A stretch of DNA of 64,000 bases, from positions 106,022,001-106,086,000 of the forward strand of contig CM059431.1 in NCBI GenBank assembly GCA_030390025.1, given 5' to 3'. The stretch is from Squalus acanthias (Eukaryota). The notes under the pieces are model-generated. The model saw only the letters and a program-made list of their open reading frames with translations. It made no database searches and was not told the DNA's origin. A program made the translations under genes and the position numbers. Position 1 is the first letter of the stretch. The number at the start of each line of letters is the position of its first letter. Of the stretch, positions 1 to 14,044 are shown in pieces.

Positions 1-1625
1 TGCAGACATTGTAGTTAAGGAGGAGGAGTGTGAAATATTAGTCGAGATAAACATAGTGAGAGAGGAAGCATTGAAGGGTTTAGCATCTTTGAAAGTAGAT
101 AAATCGCCAGGCCCGGATGAAATGGATCCCAGGCTGTTAAGAGAAGCAAGGGAGGAAATAGCGGAGGCTTTGACCATCATTTTTCAATCCTCTCTGGCTA
201 CAAGTGTGGTGCCGGAGGACTGGAGGACTGCTAGCGTTGTACCGTTGTTTAAAAAGGGAGAAAGGGAAAGACTGAGTAATTACAAGCAAGTCAGCTTATT
301 ATTGGAAAAAATTCTGAGGGACAGTATTAATCGTCATTTAGAAAGGCACGGATTAATCATGGACAGTCAGCAAGGATTTGTTGAGGGAAGGTCGTGTCTG
401 ATTAACTTGACTGAATTTTTTGAGGAGGTAACAAGGTCGACGAGGGTAGTGCGTTTGATGTAGTCTACATGGATTTTAGCAAATCTTTTGACAAGATCTC
501 ACATGGCAGACAGGTCAGAAAAGTAAAAGTGCATGTGATCTAAGGGAAAGTGGCAAGTTGGATCCAAAATTGGCTCAGTGGCAGGAAACAAAGGGTAATG
601 GTCGACGGGAGTTTGTGTGGCTGGAAGGCTGTTCCCCATTGGGTTCCCCAGGGCTCATTAAGAGGTCCCTTGCTTTTGTGGTATATATCAATGATTTAGA
701 CTTCAATGTAGGGGGCATGATTAGGAAGTTTGCAGAGGATACAAAAATTGGCCATGTGGTTGATGGTGAGGAAGATATCAATGGACTGGTCAGGTGGGCA
801 GAAAAGTGGCAAACGGAATTCAATCCAGAGAAGTGTGAGGTAATGCATTTGGGGAGGGCTAACAAGGCAAGAGAATACACAATAAATGTAGGATACTGAG
901 AAATGTAGAGGAACAGAGGGATCTCGGAGTGCATGTCCTCAGATCCTTGAAGGTAGCAGGACAAGTGGATCATGTGGTTAAGAAGGCATACGGGATATTT
1001 TACTTTATTAGCCGAGGCATAGAATATAAGAGCAGGGCAGTTATGCTAGAACTGTATAAAACACTAGTTAGACCACAGCTAGAGTACTGCGTACAGTTCT
1101 GGTCTCCACATTACAGGAAAGATGTGATTGCACTAGAGAGGGTACAGAGGAGATTTACGAGGATGTTGCCAGGACTGGAGAATTTTAGTTATGAGGAAAG
1201 ATTGGATAGGTTGGGGTTGTTTTCTTTGGAACAGAGGAGGCTGAGGGGAGTCTTAATTGAGGTGTCTAAAATTATGAGGGGCCTAGATAGAGTGGATAAG
1301 AAGGACCTATTTCCCCTAGCAGAGAGGTCAATAACCAGGGGGCATAGATTTAAAGTAATTGGTAGAATGATTAGAGGGGAGTTGAGGAGAACTTTTTTCA
1401 CCCGGGGGTGGTGGGGGTCTGGAACTCATTTGCTGAAAGGGTGGTAGAGGCAGAAAGCCTCATCACATTTAAAAAGTACTTGGATGTGCACTTGAAATGC
1501 CAGAACCTACAGGGCTACGGACCAAGAGCTAGAAAGTGGGATTAGGCTGGATAGCTCTTTGTCGGCCGGCACAGACACGATGGGCCGAATGGCCTCCTTC
1601 TGTGCCGTAAATCTCTATGATTCGA
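1..1625 (+). mobile_element. CR1-type LINE, ORF2 RT half plus 3' UTR, frameshifted, runs off the window start
   Basis: KSPGPD, VPEDWRTASVVPLFKKG, QQGFVEGRSCLINL, FAEDTK (degenerate FADD), FNPEKCEVMHLG, LYKTLVRPQLEYCVQFWSP; CR1 3' UTR gggccgaatggcctccttctgtgc. Confidence 0.95.
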
Positions 1626-2870
1626 TGATAAAACTGTCTCTTTGAGTGTCATGGAAGCTCAGAAGCTTCTCAAGCCTCACCTTGAATGAACTGCCTGCAG
1701 TGCCTCCACGTAATTTACTGCTAGCTATCTGCTACTGCCTCTTGTAAAGAAAAGTTAACACACTTCTGAACACTTAATTAGAAATAAAATAAATCAAAAC
1801 ACAAAACTTAGTACCAGTACCAGTACCCAGTTCTGGTTTGCTCTACCCTCAGTCTCAATATGTGCCAACCTGGGTCTAACCGATTTTACATAGAATCACA
1901 GACGCATACAGCACAGAAGGGGGCCATTTGGCCCATCGTGCCTGTGCTGTCTCTCTGAAAGAGCTGTCATGCTTAGTCCTAAGAGAATCATAGAAGTTTA
2001 CTGAATCATAGAATCTTACAATTTTTGACCATCTTACGTAATTTCTTTTAGAATGTGTTGCCTCCACATATATGTGATTCGGACATTCTCCTCCACATAC
2101 TGCTGCCACGAATACACGGCTACTCCTGCACACTGCTCAATATTTAATAAAACTGACGCACCAACAGCCTCAACAACCCTTTCTGCTTCCCTGACCTTGA
2201 AGTCGCTTCCAATTTTTCTTTCAAGACACAAATCCTTTAAACTCACTGTAACCTGGGGCAAAGAATTTACTCAGAGTCAGGTTTTCAATAACAAAGTAAT
2301 GACATATGTTCCTGTCCCATTTATGAATCAAATTTGCCCATTGGCTTTTACTGTTATTAGTTTCTGCTTGTTCGATATATTGTTAGTTTTTCATATGGTC
2401 AAATGGAAAATGCTTATATCACAATTCTTATCACTTTTTTTCCCCTAAAGGCCACAATCCTGTAGTCCCCTCGTGGCAAAAATAAATAATAAAACCCATG
2501 TACATGATCTTTAATTTCCTTTCTTCTTTTCTTACCATAGAATTCATACTTTTTCCCCCAATCTATAGTGTATTGTCACACTACAAATGATTACCTGTTC
2601 ACCTTAAGACAGCAGCTGCAATGATCAGATGCAGCCTTTGCCCGAGAATTATAATCTATATTATCGGAGCGAACTGCGCCCTTACTGAACAGTTCCATCT
2701 TGTTTTTTGTGTTGTAAGCATTCAACTGGCAACCTGCTGGACCACCATGTATTGGTACCAGACTGGCGACTTCAAGGGAGTGAGCATGTCACTGCTCCAC
2801 TGTGTCTAACGCTTATCGCAACAAATGGATTGAAGTGCGCGTGAGGGATAGATGGCGACAACGAGACTAT

Positions 2871-3193
2871 GGGCTGGATTTTGTCTTGGGGTCGTGTCAT
2901 CCGCATTTCGTGTTATCCACCCGCCTGAAATTGGATGTGGGAGATTGATGCAATTTTCACTGAATTGGGCAATTGAGTTCCAGCATGTGGGAACCCATCA
3001 ACCAATTAGTGGTTTCAGTCTGAAAGTCGCCTCTGATGATGTCATTATTGTAGAACAGAGACTGCCTGGTCTGGTTTCAGAGATTGCCTGGCCTTTGCTG
3101 TGAGAGGACCTGGATGCAAAATGAGCAGCATCTCAGCAGAGAGAGAGAGAGAGAGAGAGAGACACAGAGACAGAGAGAGACAGAGAGAGAGAC

Positions 3194-3237
<44 letters not shown>

Positions 3238-3681
3238 TTTTTTTCCATCCAGGTCCTCCAAAGGCCCCGGCAGTCTCTGAAGACATTCAATGCAGTAGCA
3301 TCAGAGGCGACTTTCAGACCTAATACTACTACTACCTTCATCCCATCTCGGTTGTAATAGTGGACCTGCAGCTGATAGTCAGCTGTCCACTTGTGCTCCC
3401 GCCAGGTTTCACTGGCGTGTTTCACATCAGGCGTGCTTCACATCAGAAAAGGGTTAAACTAGCTAAAACATTTCAAAATGGCATTACAGAGCCAATTTAG
3501 GGCTTGTTAAGGGCTTTAATGGCCTCTCCCGCCTCTTGGAGGTGGGACGGAGTCTGGAACACCGCACACAATTTTATCAAAATTGCGTGGAGGCGGGTTG
3601 GGGTTGGGACCCCCGAATCTGCAACTTTAACCCCCCACATGCCTCCAAACCCGACTCCACGGGTCATTGAAAATCTTGCCC
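2871..3681. mobile_element. PIF/Harbinger-like MITE
   Basis: Imperfect TIRs gggctggatttt / aaaatcttgccc, 3-bp TSD TAT on both sides, internal (GA)n. Confidence 0.65.
3138..3234. repeat. (GA)n/(GACA) microsatellite
   Basis: Seen directly; explains the RE-rich and SL-rich spurious ORFs. Confidence 0.95.
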
Positions 3682-5704
3682 TATGTCTCCCAACTCCCGT
3701 TGTACTGATCTCTGCTTTGATAAAGGAGCTCAAGAGGCCTGGAAGATATTGTGAACCAGACTGTAGCACACAGCTTGTGACTGTTACATTGACTGGGGTA
3801 GATTTCCTCTGTTCGCTGCATGTTAGCTACATATAAACACAGCAGGATAATTATCCTCAGATCGTATTTCCAGTAAATCCGCGGACGCGCTCTTTTAAAA
3901 CGCGTTTTTTTGCAATTGCAATAGAAATAACAAACCGGCAATCTTCCGCCGCTATATTTAGACTGTCACCAACACACAGTACCCGGGGAGGGGGGAATCA
4001 TCCCACAAAGATGCATCATTCCGGGATCAGGAATGCCACATTCACTTTGTCAAGATCTTACCATCAAGAATATTGTCAACCACATTTACTGAAGGAAAAC
4101 CATGTTGGACTGTAAACTGGAAAAGTAATAATTTTGCTGTCTGTTTCGATCTAATCCTTTCAAATTTCCCCGAAAAGCATGTGTGCAGAGTGAGGACAGT
4201 AGAATCATAGAGCTATGCATTTTAATTCCATTGCCTTGTATCCTTTTCCATTTCAAATACATCTCCGATTACCTTTTGAATGATTGTATAGTCTCCTTCC
4301 TCAATAGCAACTTGTGATAAAACATTCAATGCTCTTGTAACAATCTGTGTGAAAAGAAATCCTTTAAGTTCCCCTTGCGATCAGCCCTTGCGATCAGCTA
4401 TCAAGAAACTGCAGATTCACAGTCCGTGTCGGCCCATTAAAATTGGAAGTTTGCCCTCAATCGAGATAAGACTTTGTGGCCTATTATTTGCGAGCTTTTC
4501 CTTCTCTTGAACAGGGGTATGAGATTTGTCACCCTGCATGCTTTTAGTACAATTCCCACTTCCATAATATTTTAGGGGAAAATTAAGATTTGTACCATTG
4601 CTATCTCCTCTCCAGCTTCCTGTAGTATTCCGAATGCTTCCCACATGGGTCTGACATTTTTGCCTTGACTCCAATTAGCTTTTTTTTTTTTAACACCGTC
4701 TTCCTCATCCTCCTCAGGTTTTCCTGTGGCCCCACTTTTACTTTCCTCTAAAAACGGAGATGAATTAATTTTTAAGCATCTCCGCCATTCTTGGACTCTC
4801 AAGAGCTTTGTCTCCAAGTGGTTTCAACCCATCTTTGTCCATTTGTTTCTTATGTACTTATAAAAACCCTTGCTGTATCCCTGTATGTTTACCAACAATC
4901 TACTTTCAGACTTCTGGTTAGCTTTCCCAACCTCCCTTTTAGCTTCCTTCTATTCCATTTTTATATTACTCATAGTTTTTTTTTGTATTATGCCCCTATA
5001 TTTATCATGGTCATCTTTTTTTAAAACTTGTTATTTGCAGCAAATGTGTGAAATGTTCTTTGTAAATGTGTTTGTGATATTGTTACAAATAGCACAGAGA
5101 ATATCCTTCCACGGTGTACTTTTTAATGAACGTGTTATTTCTGGCTGCACGAGAGATGTTCTTTCTCCAAAACTACACCTTAAAGTTCAGCAGCAATAAT
5201 GCAAAGATTCAGTCTGAATGTGAAAGATGAACATGATAGCAAAAAATAGACTGTTGACTGAGCACCTGTCTCCAGTTCTCTCCAAAGGAGTGAAAATAAA
5301 ATACCGTAAAAAATCTGAAATCAAAATTACTGAGGTGGTAGAGTGTGATGGAGCCCCTATGCCTGGAGAATCACAGTAATGGAAGGGGAGGAGGGGCACA
5401 CGGGTTCCATTCTCCCATTCAACTGATATCCCAATCTCAGCTGCACCGCTGTGTGTGGCGATCAACAAAAATCAGCTGGATCCTCACCAGAGGGAAAGAA
5501 AAATGAGGAGAGTCGACCCTGAGCAGTTATTGCGTGCCTCCTAGTTCAAAACAGCACCAGAGGAAGCAAAGAGCCAGCTCACATGTCTGTCCTTTATATC
5601 ATAGGATATTCTTGGCCTGAGGAGACCAAAAGAATACAAATAAATAGATGCATTAATAGGATGATCATGAGGCTTGTGGAACTGCAGCAGTGTGATCCGA
5701 GGTG

Positions 5705-6000
5705 AAAGAAAGACTTGTATTTCTATAAGGTCTTTCACAACCTCAGGACATCCCAAAGCGCTTTATGGCCAATGAAGAATTCTTGAAGTGTATTCACTGT
5801 TGTAATGTAGGAAATGCTGCAGCCAACTTGCACACAGCAAGCTCCCACAAACAGCAATATGATAATGACCAGATAATTTGGTTTAGTGATGTTGGTTGCG
5901 GGATAAATACTGGCCAGGACACTGGGGAAAACTCCCCTGCTCTTCTTCGAATAGTGCCATGGAATCTTTTATGTCCACCTGAGAGGACAGATGGGGCCTC
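5705..6000 (-). mobile_element. SacSINE1/DeuSINE-like SINE, 5'-truncated
   Basis: Matches the 3' half of the full copies at 15780 and 49016 (gaaagacttg..., cacagcaagctcccacaaacagcaat). Confidence 0.8.
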
Positions 6001-7127
6001 CTCTTGAAGACAGATTCAAGGAGCCTATAGTGACCACCAGATTGAGTGGCTTTTATAAAAACAATCTATTGATGCTTTTATTTACCTCAAAATTATTGTT
6101 AAAAATACATCAATCAATGCATCTCATTGATAAATAATTTTTCAGAAGGACCCTTGTCAATGCTACGACATACAATTTTTTTTTTAGAAAATTCCAAATT
6201 TCTTATCCTATTACAAACAGTTGTCTATAATTACTGAGTATTCCCTGAGAAATAATACAATTTAATCTATTTTTATGTTTAAAGTAATATCTGAAGAGTC
6301 AGGCGATAGCTACTTGAGGCATCCATTTCTCTGGAGATCTCGCGCAGTGCTTCCCAAACTGGGGGACGTGCCCCTCTGGGGAGGGAGGTGCTGAGATCAT
6401 CCGGGGTTCTTCAGGAGGGCAGGCTCGCCAAGAACAAGAGCCACCAAAGAGGCCTGGCCTATAGCCAGAGAAGGTGCATTATTGGGTGATCTCAGCTGAT
6501 CCTCGCTGATCTGTTGGACCTATCAGAGCTACTTCCGGTGCATAGCAACCGATTACTGTTGCACCAGAAGCTGCCCTGATTGGCCCAATGTCCACTTCTA
6601 ATGCGAGGCTGCACCAATTAAAAGTGAAAGACATTCCTCCGGCATTTCCATTTTGCTCCGGGAAAGCGGAGATCCTTGAAGCAGTTGGCTAGTTGAGGCA
6701 TACAATCCATACATGACTGAATGCAGGCGAGAGCATTTTGAACTTCCCTCAATTTTCCCCCCCAATATTTGAAACCAATAGGATTGTGCTCTGCCACCTT
6801 CTTGGGGATGACAAAATACTGGGGTAAAAGTTCTTGGGCGGGTGCGCAAAACAGGAGGTATTGGATCAATCGCCTGCTATACACAATTCAGTTGACTGCA
6901 ATGAAATTGCACATCGGGTGAGTATAACAGGCGGCCAGAGCGACCACGCCCAATTTACATTACCAAGGATGAATTTCTATCCAACTGTTCCTTCGAAGAA
7001 AGCGGGAGGGGGGTCATGAATGGCTCATGATCTTCAAAGGGGGACTCAGCATAAAAAATTTGGGAAGCTCTCCTTTAGAGGGCAGTTCATCTGAGTAGTA
7101 TACCACCCTATGGTTGTTATAGAAACA

Positions 7128-7461
7128 TAGAAACATAGAATCTAGGAGCAGGAGTAGGCCATTCGGCCTGTCGAGCCTGCTCCACCATTCAATACGATCA
7201 TGGCTGATCATCCAAATCCAATACCCTGTCCCTGCTTTAATCCCCACAGTACACATATCCCACCCTACCCCCGTAACCCCACGTATTTAATTCCCCCGAA
7301 CATATCCCATCCTATCCCCATAACCCCACATATTTAATCCCCCCCTAACACTAAGGATCAATTTATCATAGCCAAATCAACCTAACCCGCGCATTTTTGG
7401 ACTGTGGGAGGAAACCGGAGCACCCGGAGGAAACCCACGCAGACACGGGGAGAATGTGCAA
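7128..7461 (-). mobile_element. HE1-like V-SINE, 5'-truncated, with CR1-derived tail
   Basis: V-domain-like ggaaaccggagcacccggaggaaacccacgcagacacggggagaatgtgcaa joined to a CR1 3' tail ending in (agaaacat)n. Confidence 0.75.
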
Positions 7462-7620
7462 GGCAAGAGACCTTTTTAAACATTAATTATTAAAAAGTAG
7501 CACTAATTGATGTATTTTTGAATAACGTGTTAAAAGTAAATTAAAATTTCAGTAGGCCACTTTTATAACAGGCAACTCAAGCTGGTGGTCACTTTAGGCT
7601 GCCTATACCTGTCTTCAGGA

Positions 7621-8113
7621 GGTAGAGGGGGTGCAGAGGAGATTTAAGAGGATGTTGCCTGGACTGGGGAATTTTAGCTATGAGGAAAGATTGGATGGGC
7701 TGGGGTTGTTTTCTTTGGAACAGAGGAGGCTGAGGGGAGACCTAATTGAGGTGTATAAAGTTATGAGGGGCCGAGATAGAGTGGATAGGAAGGACCTATT
7801 TCCCTTAGCAGAAGGGTCAATATCCTGGGGGCATAGATTTAAAGTAATTGGTCGGAAGTTTAGAGGGGATTTGAGGAGAAATTTTTTCACCCAGAGGGTG
7901 GTGGGGGTCTGGAACTCACTGCCTGAATGGGTGGTAGAGGCAGAGACCCTCATCACATTTAAAAAGTACTTGGATATGCACTCGAAGTGCCGAAACCTAC
8001 AGGGCTGCGGACCAAGTGCTGGAAAGTGGGATCAGGCTGGATAGCTCTTTGTCGGCCGGCGCGGACACGATGGGCCGAATGGCCTCCTTCCGTGCTGTAA
8101 ATTTCTATGATTC
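7621..8113 (+). mobile_element. CR1 LINE 3' fragment
   Basis: ORF QRRFKRMLPGL...[12 protein letters not shown]...FFTQRVVGVWNSLP plus 3' UTR. Confidence 0.9.
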
Positions 8114-8367
8114 TGAACTCACCGCTCACTACCAGACTCACGATTCTCCTGTTTATATATCTATTTATTTGTCTTGTCCTGGTCTCCTCAGGCCAAGCAC
8201 ATCCAATGATTTCAAAGAGATTACAACCACTGCTCCCACTTTTTCAGGCAGCAGGTGCTGGTAATGGTTATGCAATTCCCATTTACACCTCCTCTAGACC
8301 CATCTTCCGTTTATTTACCTGTCCCACTACCACCCCCTTTTGCTCCCATCATCATCCCTTTTGTCAT

Positions 8368-8885
8368 ATTATAAAAAGGATATAGAGGTGCTGGAGAGGG
8401 TGCAGAGAAGATTTACAAGGATGGTACCAGAAATGCGAAGGTATATCTATCAGGAAAGGGTGAACAGGCTGGGTCTCTTTTCTCTTGAAAAAAGAAGGCT
8501 GAGGGATGACCTAATAGAGGTCTTTAAAATTATGAAAGGTTTTGATAAAGTGGATAGAGAGAGAATGTTTCCACTTGTGGTGGAGCGCATAACTAAAGGC
8601 CATCAATATAAGATAGTCACCAAGAAATCCAATAGGGAATTCAGAAGAAACTTCTTTACCCAAAGAGTGGTGAGAATGTGGAACTCGCTACCACAGGGAG
8701 TGGTTGAAGCAAATAGTATGGATGCATTTAAGGGGAGGCTAGACAAACATATGAGGGAAAAGGGAATAGAGGGGATAGATTTAGATGAGGAAAGATGGGA
8801 GGAGGCTTGAGTGGAGCATTAACGTCAGCGTGGACTTGTTGGGCCAAATGGCCTATTTCTGTGCCGTATATCCTATGTAATCCTA
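8368..8885 (+). mobile_element. CR1 LINE 3' fragment nested in the PLE
   Basis: YKKDIEVLERVQRRFTRMVP...FFTQRVVRMWNSLP. Confidence 0.9.
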
Positions 8886-9011
8886 TGTCATTTAAATCAC
8901 TCCTGCCTTCCATCCTATCACAGACCTTCCCTTTTGTTCTATCCTCCCTCCCCCCCCCCCTTTCCCTGCTCCTATACTTTCTTAAAACCGGTTAGAGCTG
9001 TAATGTTTTAC

Positions 9012-9048
9012 AGTTCTGACGAAGGGTCACAGACCTGAAACGTTGACC
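9012..9048 (+). ncRNA. Minimal hammerhead ribozyme motif (PLE family A)
   Basis: agtt-CTGACGA-a-gggtc-aca-gacct-GAAA-c-GTT-gacc: core intact, stem I weakened. Confidence 0.6.
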
Positions 9049-9610
9049 CTGTTTCCTCTCTCACTGCAGGTGCTGCCTGACCTGCCGAGAGTTTCCAACA
9101 TTTTCTGTTTGTATTTCAGTGATGTAGAGGACAAGTCAGTGACCATTTCTCAGAAATGTATTGAAGTTCTTCTCACCAACTGATCCGCTCCCGTCATTAG
9201 TCTTGTAGTGGTCATCGCTGGTCTCTTCATGATGTCAAAAGATCCCTGGATTTCTTCTTTTGCTAGCTGCTACCATATGAGGAATCTAACTCAAAAGCTA
9301 AAAAGATTGGGAATGTAAAGATCATGTTTTGATACACTATTGGGAGATTGTAGAGGAGCGGAATCCCTGGGGGATATCTAATACCTTCTTTATACCGAGT
9401 CCTTCGTGCCTTAATCTGAGCTCAGCGATTGAATTCCCAATATCAGACTGAAGTGAAGCTGACTGTTGTGCATTGGAGCCTCTCAAACACGGGACCTTTA
9501 TGACAGTCGTTGTAATTTTCAAGCAGTAGCAGAGCGTAGTCACAAATTCACGTACTGCAGGCTGGGTGGTCACAGCCCATTTACAGTGGTTTCATTCAGT
9601 GTTGGCATTT

Positions 9611-9952
9611 AAGAATGTAAGAACTAGGGGCAGGAGTAGGCCATACGGCCCTTCGAGCCTGCTCCGCCATTCAATAAGATCATGGCCGATCTTCTACCTC
9701 AACTCCACTTTCCCGTCCGACGCCCATATCCTTTGATTCCCCTAGAGTCCAGAAATCTATCGATCTTAGCCTTTAATATACTCAACAACTGCACCACAGC
9801 CCTCTGGGGTAGAGAATTCCAAAGATTCACAACCCTCTGAGTGAAGAAATTCCTCCTCATCTCAGTCTTAAATGGTCTACCACTTATCCTGAGGCTGTGA
9901 CCCCTAGTTCTAGACTCTCCAGCCAGGGGAAACAACCTCTCAGCATCTACCC
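9611..9952 (-). mobile_element. CR1 LINE 3' fragment
   Basis: RLFPLAGESRTRGHSLRI...FFTQRVVNLWNSLP. Confidence 0.9.
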
Positions 9953-10538
9953 CATCATCCTTTATGTCATCCTTATTTTGCTGCAGTATTGATAGGGTGT
10001 CAAACACAGAATTTGTCACGTCACACTGACAGGATTTACTACACATATGCATTAAAAATTTGGTGGCGAAAATTGGGCAGTGAATTGGACTCAGTCCAGA
10101 CTAATTCCAGCCCAGACCAATTGAATGAAAACCTTTTCTATCGCTCGGCTGTGCAATAAATTCTGGGCCATTCCCATTTGGCCTGGGCTCGTAGCACAAA
10201 ACTGGCGTTAAGATGGTGTGAAGGCACATTGCTGGGGCAGAGCAGGAGGATATTCATTCTGCATCTAGCATGCATGACCTGATGCTTGATGCTGACAGAG
10301 GGTGACACAAATGGGAAAGTGTTCCATTTCCCAGCACTAACATCTCTTTATTTTGATGAGCGCAAATGTTCACCTCATATTAGAAACTGGATGGTTCATG
10401 GTGCGCTGCGCTAAATTAATCAAAAATTGAGATCATATCATTCGCCATGAGAAAGAAACTCAAGCAGTTCGCGACAACCGAATTGGACTGCTGCCTGTAA
10501 TTTACTGAACTTCATAAACAGATATTGTATATGTATAT

Positions 10539-10970
10539 GGCACTTTACAGCCTTCTGGACTCAACATCGAGTTCAACAATTTCAGACCATAACCTCTGCC
10601 CCTATCTTTTTTTCTTTTTCTTCTCTCTCTCACATGGCAGCTGTCGATCATCCTGCCATTGCCATTTACACTTCATCTAGAGCCATCTTTTTTTTCTTAA
10701 CTTGTCCCATTACCATCTCCTTTTGCCTTGCACCATCATCCCTTTTGTCTCTTAATCTCTCCTGCCTTCCATCCTATCACAGACCTTCCCTTTTGTTCTT
10801 TCCTCCCCTCCCCCCATTCCCTGCCCCTACACTTGCTTAAAAACCTCTTCCATCTCTCACTTCTTCCAGTTCTGAGGAAGGGTCATCGACCTGAAACATT
10901 AACTCTGTTTCTCTCTCCACAGATGCTGCCTGACCTGCTGAGTATTTCCAGCATTTTCTGTTTTTATTTT
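10539..10970 (+). mobile_element. Penelope-like element 3' end (family A) with ORF C-terminus and hammerhead motif
   Basis: 10539-10592 reads GTLQPSGLNIEFNNFRP*, the TLxPxGLN motif that ends PLE GIY-YIG domains. A pyrimidine-rich UTR follows, then CTGAGGA-agggtcatcgacct-GAAA at 10872-10896. Confidence 0.8.
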
Positions 10971-12859
10971 ATATTATATATGTATTCATTGGAGGTAACC
11001 AAAATTTGATTTTTTAAGTATTTGCTTTTTCAACAACAATCTTTCTGTGAGGAAAAAATCCTCTATTTTCTTCCCAAATCTCACGGGCTTCCCCAGTGCC
11101 TGTACCACAGACCAGTCAAGAGGCTGGACAACCTGGATCCAGGCTTTTCTGAAGTCATTCTCAGCAAGACACCTGGTGACGTGGAAGAGCAGCCCAGGGC
11201 CAAGTCTCCTTGTGACCTTCCCTGCTCACTGCGAGAAGGCCCCCTTGGCATCACTCGGCACCTGCACACAGAGCGATGTTGATGAAATCACAACCTCTGC
11301 AAATCAAACCTTGGTTCCCCCGTCACAACAAAGCGTTGGTGCACCGATTGTACGGGTCACTGCACCACGGTCAGTGGTGGATCGCTCCAACATCATGCTG
11401 AAAGCATGCAACGTGACATAGGACACCGGGTTATTTCGGAAGGTAGATCGCACAGAAATCGAGTAACTATCCACATATAGATAATTGGAAGGCAAACGCG
11501 TGCTGACCCATACTTAAATTGTATTGCCATGAGCTGGAACCCGAGGAACCCCCATGTTAAAACCATGCAGGACGGTATGTATCCGGGAGCTGAATGAGAT
11601 CACAGCAGGAGCTGAAGTTGCATGACGGCAAGCATCAAGGAGATGTAAAAGGATAAAACAAAGATGTGTAGCGGGGGACACCCCACTGTGTAGATTCATT
11701 TGAAATAAGTTTCAATCTAATCTGATAAAATAGATCCACAGCAGCGGCCCTTGGAGGAGTGTGCAAATATCACAGGATTAGAATAGACCATTCTCTTCAG
11801 CAGCTTGCTCCCGTGAAGTCTACGGTGTTCTGGGATGTTCAGCAATTTTTTTGTGCATTAGGGTGTGTTAGGAACAGCTTAATAGAAAGCATATTCATTT
11901 TATTTTGGTGGGAAGGAACGGGAGAAAGGGTTATTGTTTAATGAACAGAACTTTTCAAGTCCATTAAGAGTGAACCATTGAATTAAAAACCATTCTAGTT
12001 CGATTAAAATACAGGAATAGGGCGAGGGTGGGGGAGAACTAACTGAATGAGACAGTCGTTGGGATTTGCATAGTTCAGCAATAACACAGAAGCCACGAGT
12101 TAATTTTGTCGTGTTAAATAAAAGACAGGCATTCAAAGCAAAATATTTCTCTAACTGGAACAAATTCACACAGTTAACACACTTAAAGGAGTTGAAAAAA
12201 CTGGGAACCGCAATTCAAAGACTTCTCTGCAGCAGGTCAAAAGAATTCCATTAAGATTATTAATGCAGCTAGCCGTCTGCTCAGCCAACATGAAAGACTT
12301 TACCAAGCTGCAATCACAAATAACCCATCAAACGGAGTAACTCACTCACAGCAATTTTCATAAAGAAATATGAAAGCGATTATAAGACGCTTGGGAATAA
12401 AGTGCAGATGGGATGCCAATACCTGCTGAGCTCTTTACAGGGAGGAACCCCACGGGAAGGGAAATGGCTGTGGACAAGTCACATATGGCTGCAAGGACCG
12501 CGCTTTAACCACTTGTGGGCTAATGATACTTTTTTTTCCCAAATGAATGTGACAAGATTCCTATTTTTTCCCCCTTTTGAGAGGAAAAAATTACTCTTCG
12601 GGCGGTCTTGTTCTGTTACACGTTCTTTGATTGGGTTTTAAAGACTACTGCCGTGACTCGTTATAGGTTAAATACAGACTGTGTGTTAAAGGGACACTCC
12701 ATTTCTGAAAAAGCATACACAGAGTTAAAGAACGATTCAGCACAGAAACAGGCCATTCGACCCTTCAAATCACGCCAGCATTCTCTTCACTTGAATCATC
12801 TGGTCTAATCCCATTCAGCTGCTCACCCATTCCTCCTCATAATCTGAAATCTTCTTCCT

Positions 12860-13095
12860 TTCGCACAAAGGGTAGAGGAAATCTGGAAAACTCTCTCCCC
12901 CAAAAAGCTGTTGAGGAGGGGCGGGTCAATGGAAAATTTCAAAACTGAGTTTGATAGATTGTTGTTAGGCAAGGGTCGTAAGGGTTATGGAACCAAGGCG
13001 GGTAAACGGAGTTGTGATACGGATCAGCCATGATTTAACTGAATGGAGGAACAGGCTCAAGGGGCTGAATGGCCTCCTACTCTTCCTATGTTCCT
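12860..13095 (+). mobile_element. CR1 3' end fragment
   Basis: cacaaagggtag..gaaatctgga...ggggctgaatggcctcct...cctatgttcc; same subfamily as 54567 and 59349. Confidence 0.8.
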
Positions 13096-14044
13096 TTTCA
13101 ACTAACTGAGTAACTTCTAAAACAATTTACAGACTCATCTTAAATGATGGCATGGACTCTGTTTCAAAATGTTTGTTTGGCAAACCTGTTTTCATTTGTT
13201 GAAAACCGCACAACCTGATCATATAAATCGTGCCAAAACCATCGTGTTACTTGCGTGTGATGCAACTGTGCTGAAGCTGAAAATATTCTACCTCCCCAAA
13301 CAGACAGTAAAGGTTTGCCAAATGCTTTTCCGTGCAGCCCAATGAAAAGCAAAATCTCGACAACCTCTGCACTCTTGGGGGGGGGGGGGGGGGGGAGGGG
13401 AGGAGAGGGGGGGAGGGGAGGGGGGAGCGTTCTGCTTCATTGACAGGTTCTGAGAACATTGCACGTGGAGGAAGAATTATTCCATGCCTACTCATCTGTG
13501 CGGCAATATAATCCAAGTTCCTTGACATGAATTGAAGTCTGTAGCTGACAGATATCACAATGGTAGCTGTAAATGGCACGGGCCTGTCCTACAATATGTA
13601 TAGGAAATGAAAGCCCATAACATTGCAGTATGAGTCAATCAGTATGAGTCATTCAGTTTGACAACATCACAGTTTAAGGCACACCGTGCAACCAGAGATA
13701 TTTGTTTCTCAATATTTAACCACAACTTCTGTCTTTAAATGTACATAGCATCACCTCGAAATTTGAAAGTAATTTTTCGGCCACAACGGCGAGTGTGTTG
13801 AGGCCTATCTTCTTGATTCCGCAGACTGTACGTGCTGCCAGAGGGAGGTCAGGACCCCAAACATTCCACCGCAGTATAGGCCCCATGGTATAGATGCAAG
13901 CCCAAATCTGGTTCCAGAGCCCGTCCTGATACCGAAACAAAGCGAAGGAGTCTCATACCACTTCACTTTGGAGTCGGCTTTCACGCGTGAGTTACATTCA
14001 AGTGTCAGTGTGAAACCTTGGGGAGTGTGAACGCATTGTAACAG

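Larger units (their letters stand above)
8250..9118 (+). mobile_element. Penelope-like element 3' end (family A), split by a CR1 insertion
   Basis: Colinear with copies at 10539 and 40640; interrupted at 8368-8885 with duplicated tgtcat (8362-8367 / 8886-8891). Confidence 0.75.

Noticed and set aside
56..1447. Functional reverse transcriptase gene
   Set aside because: Split over several frames with stops, and the catalytic FADD is changed to FAED; it is a dead CR1 copy.
3045..3425. RE-rich and SL-rich protein ORFs
   Set aside because: These are translations of a (GA)n microsatellite.
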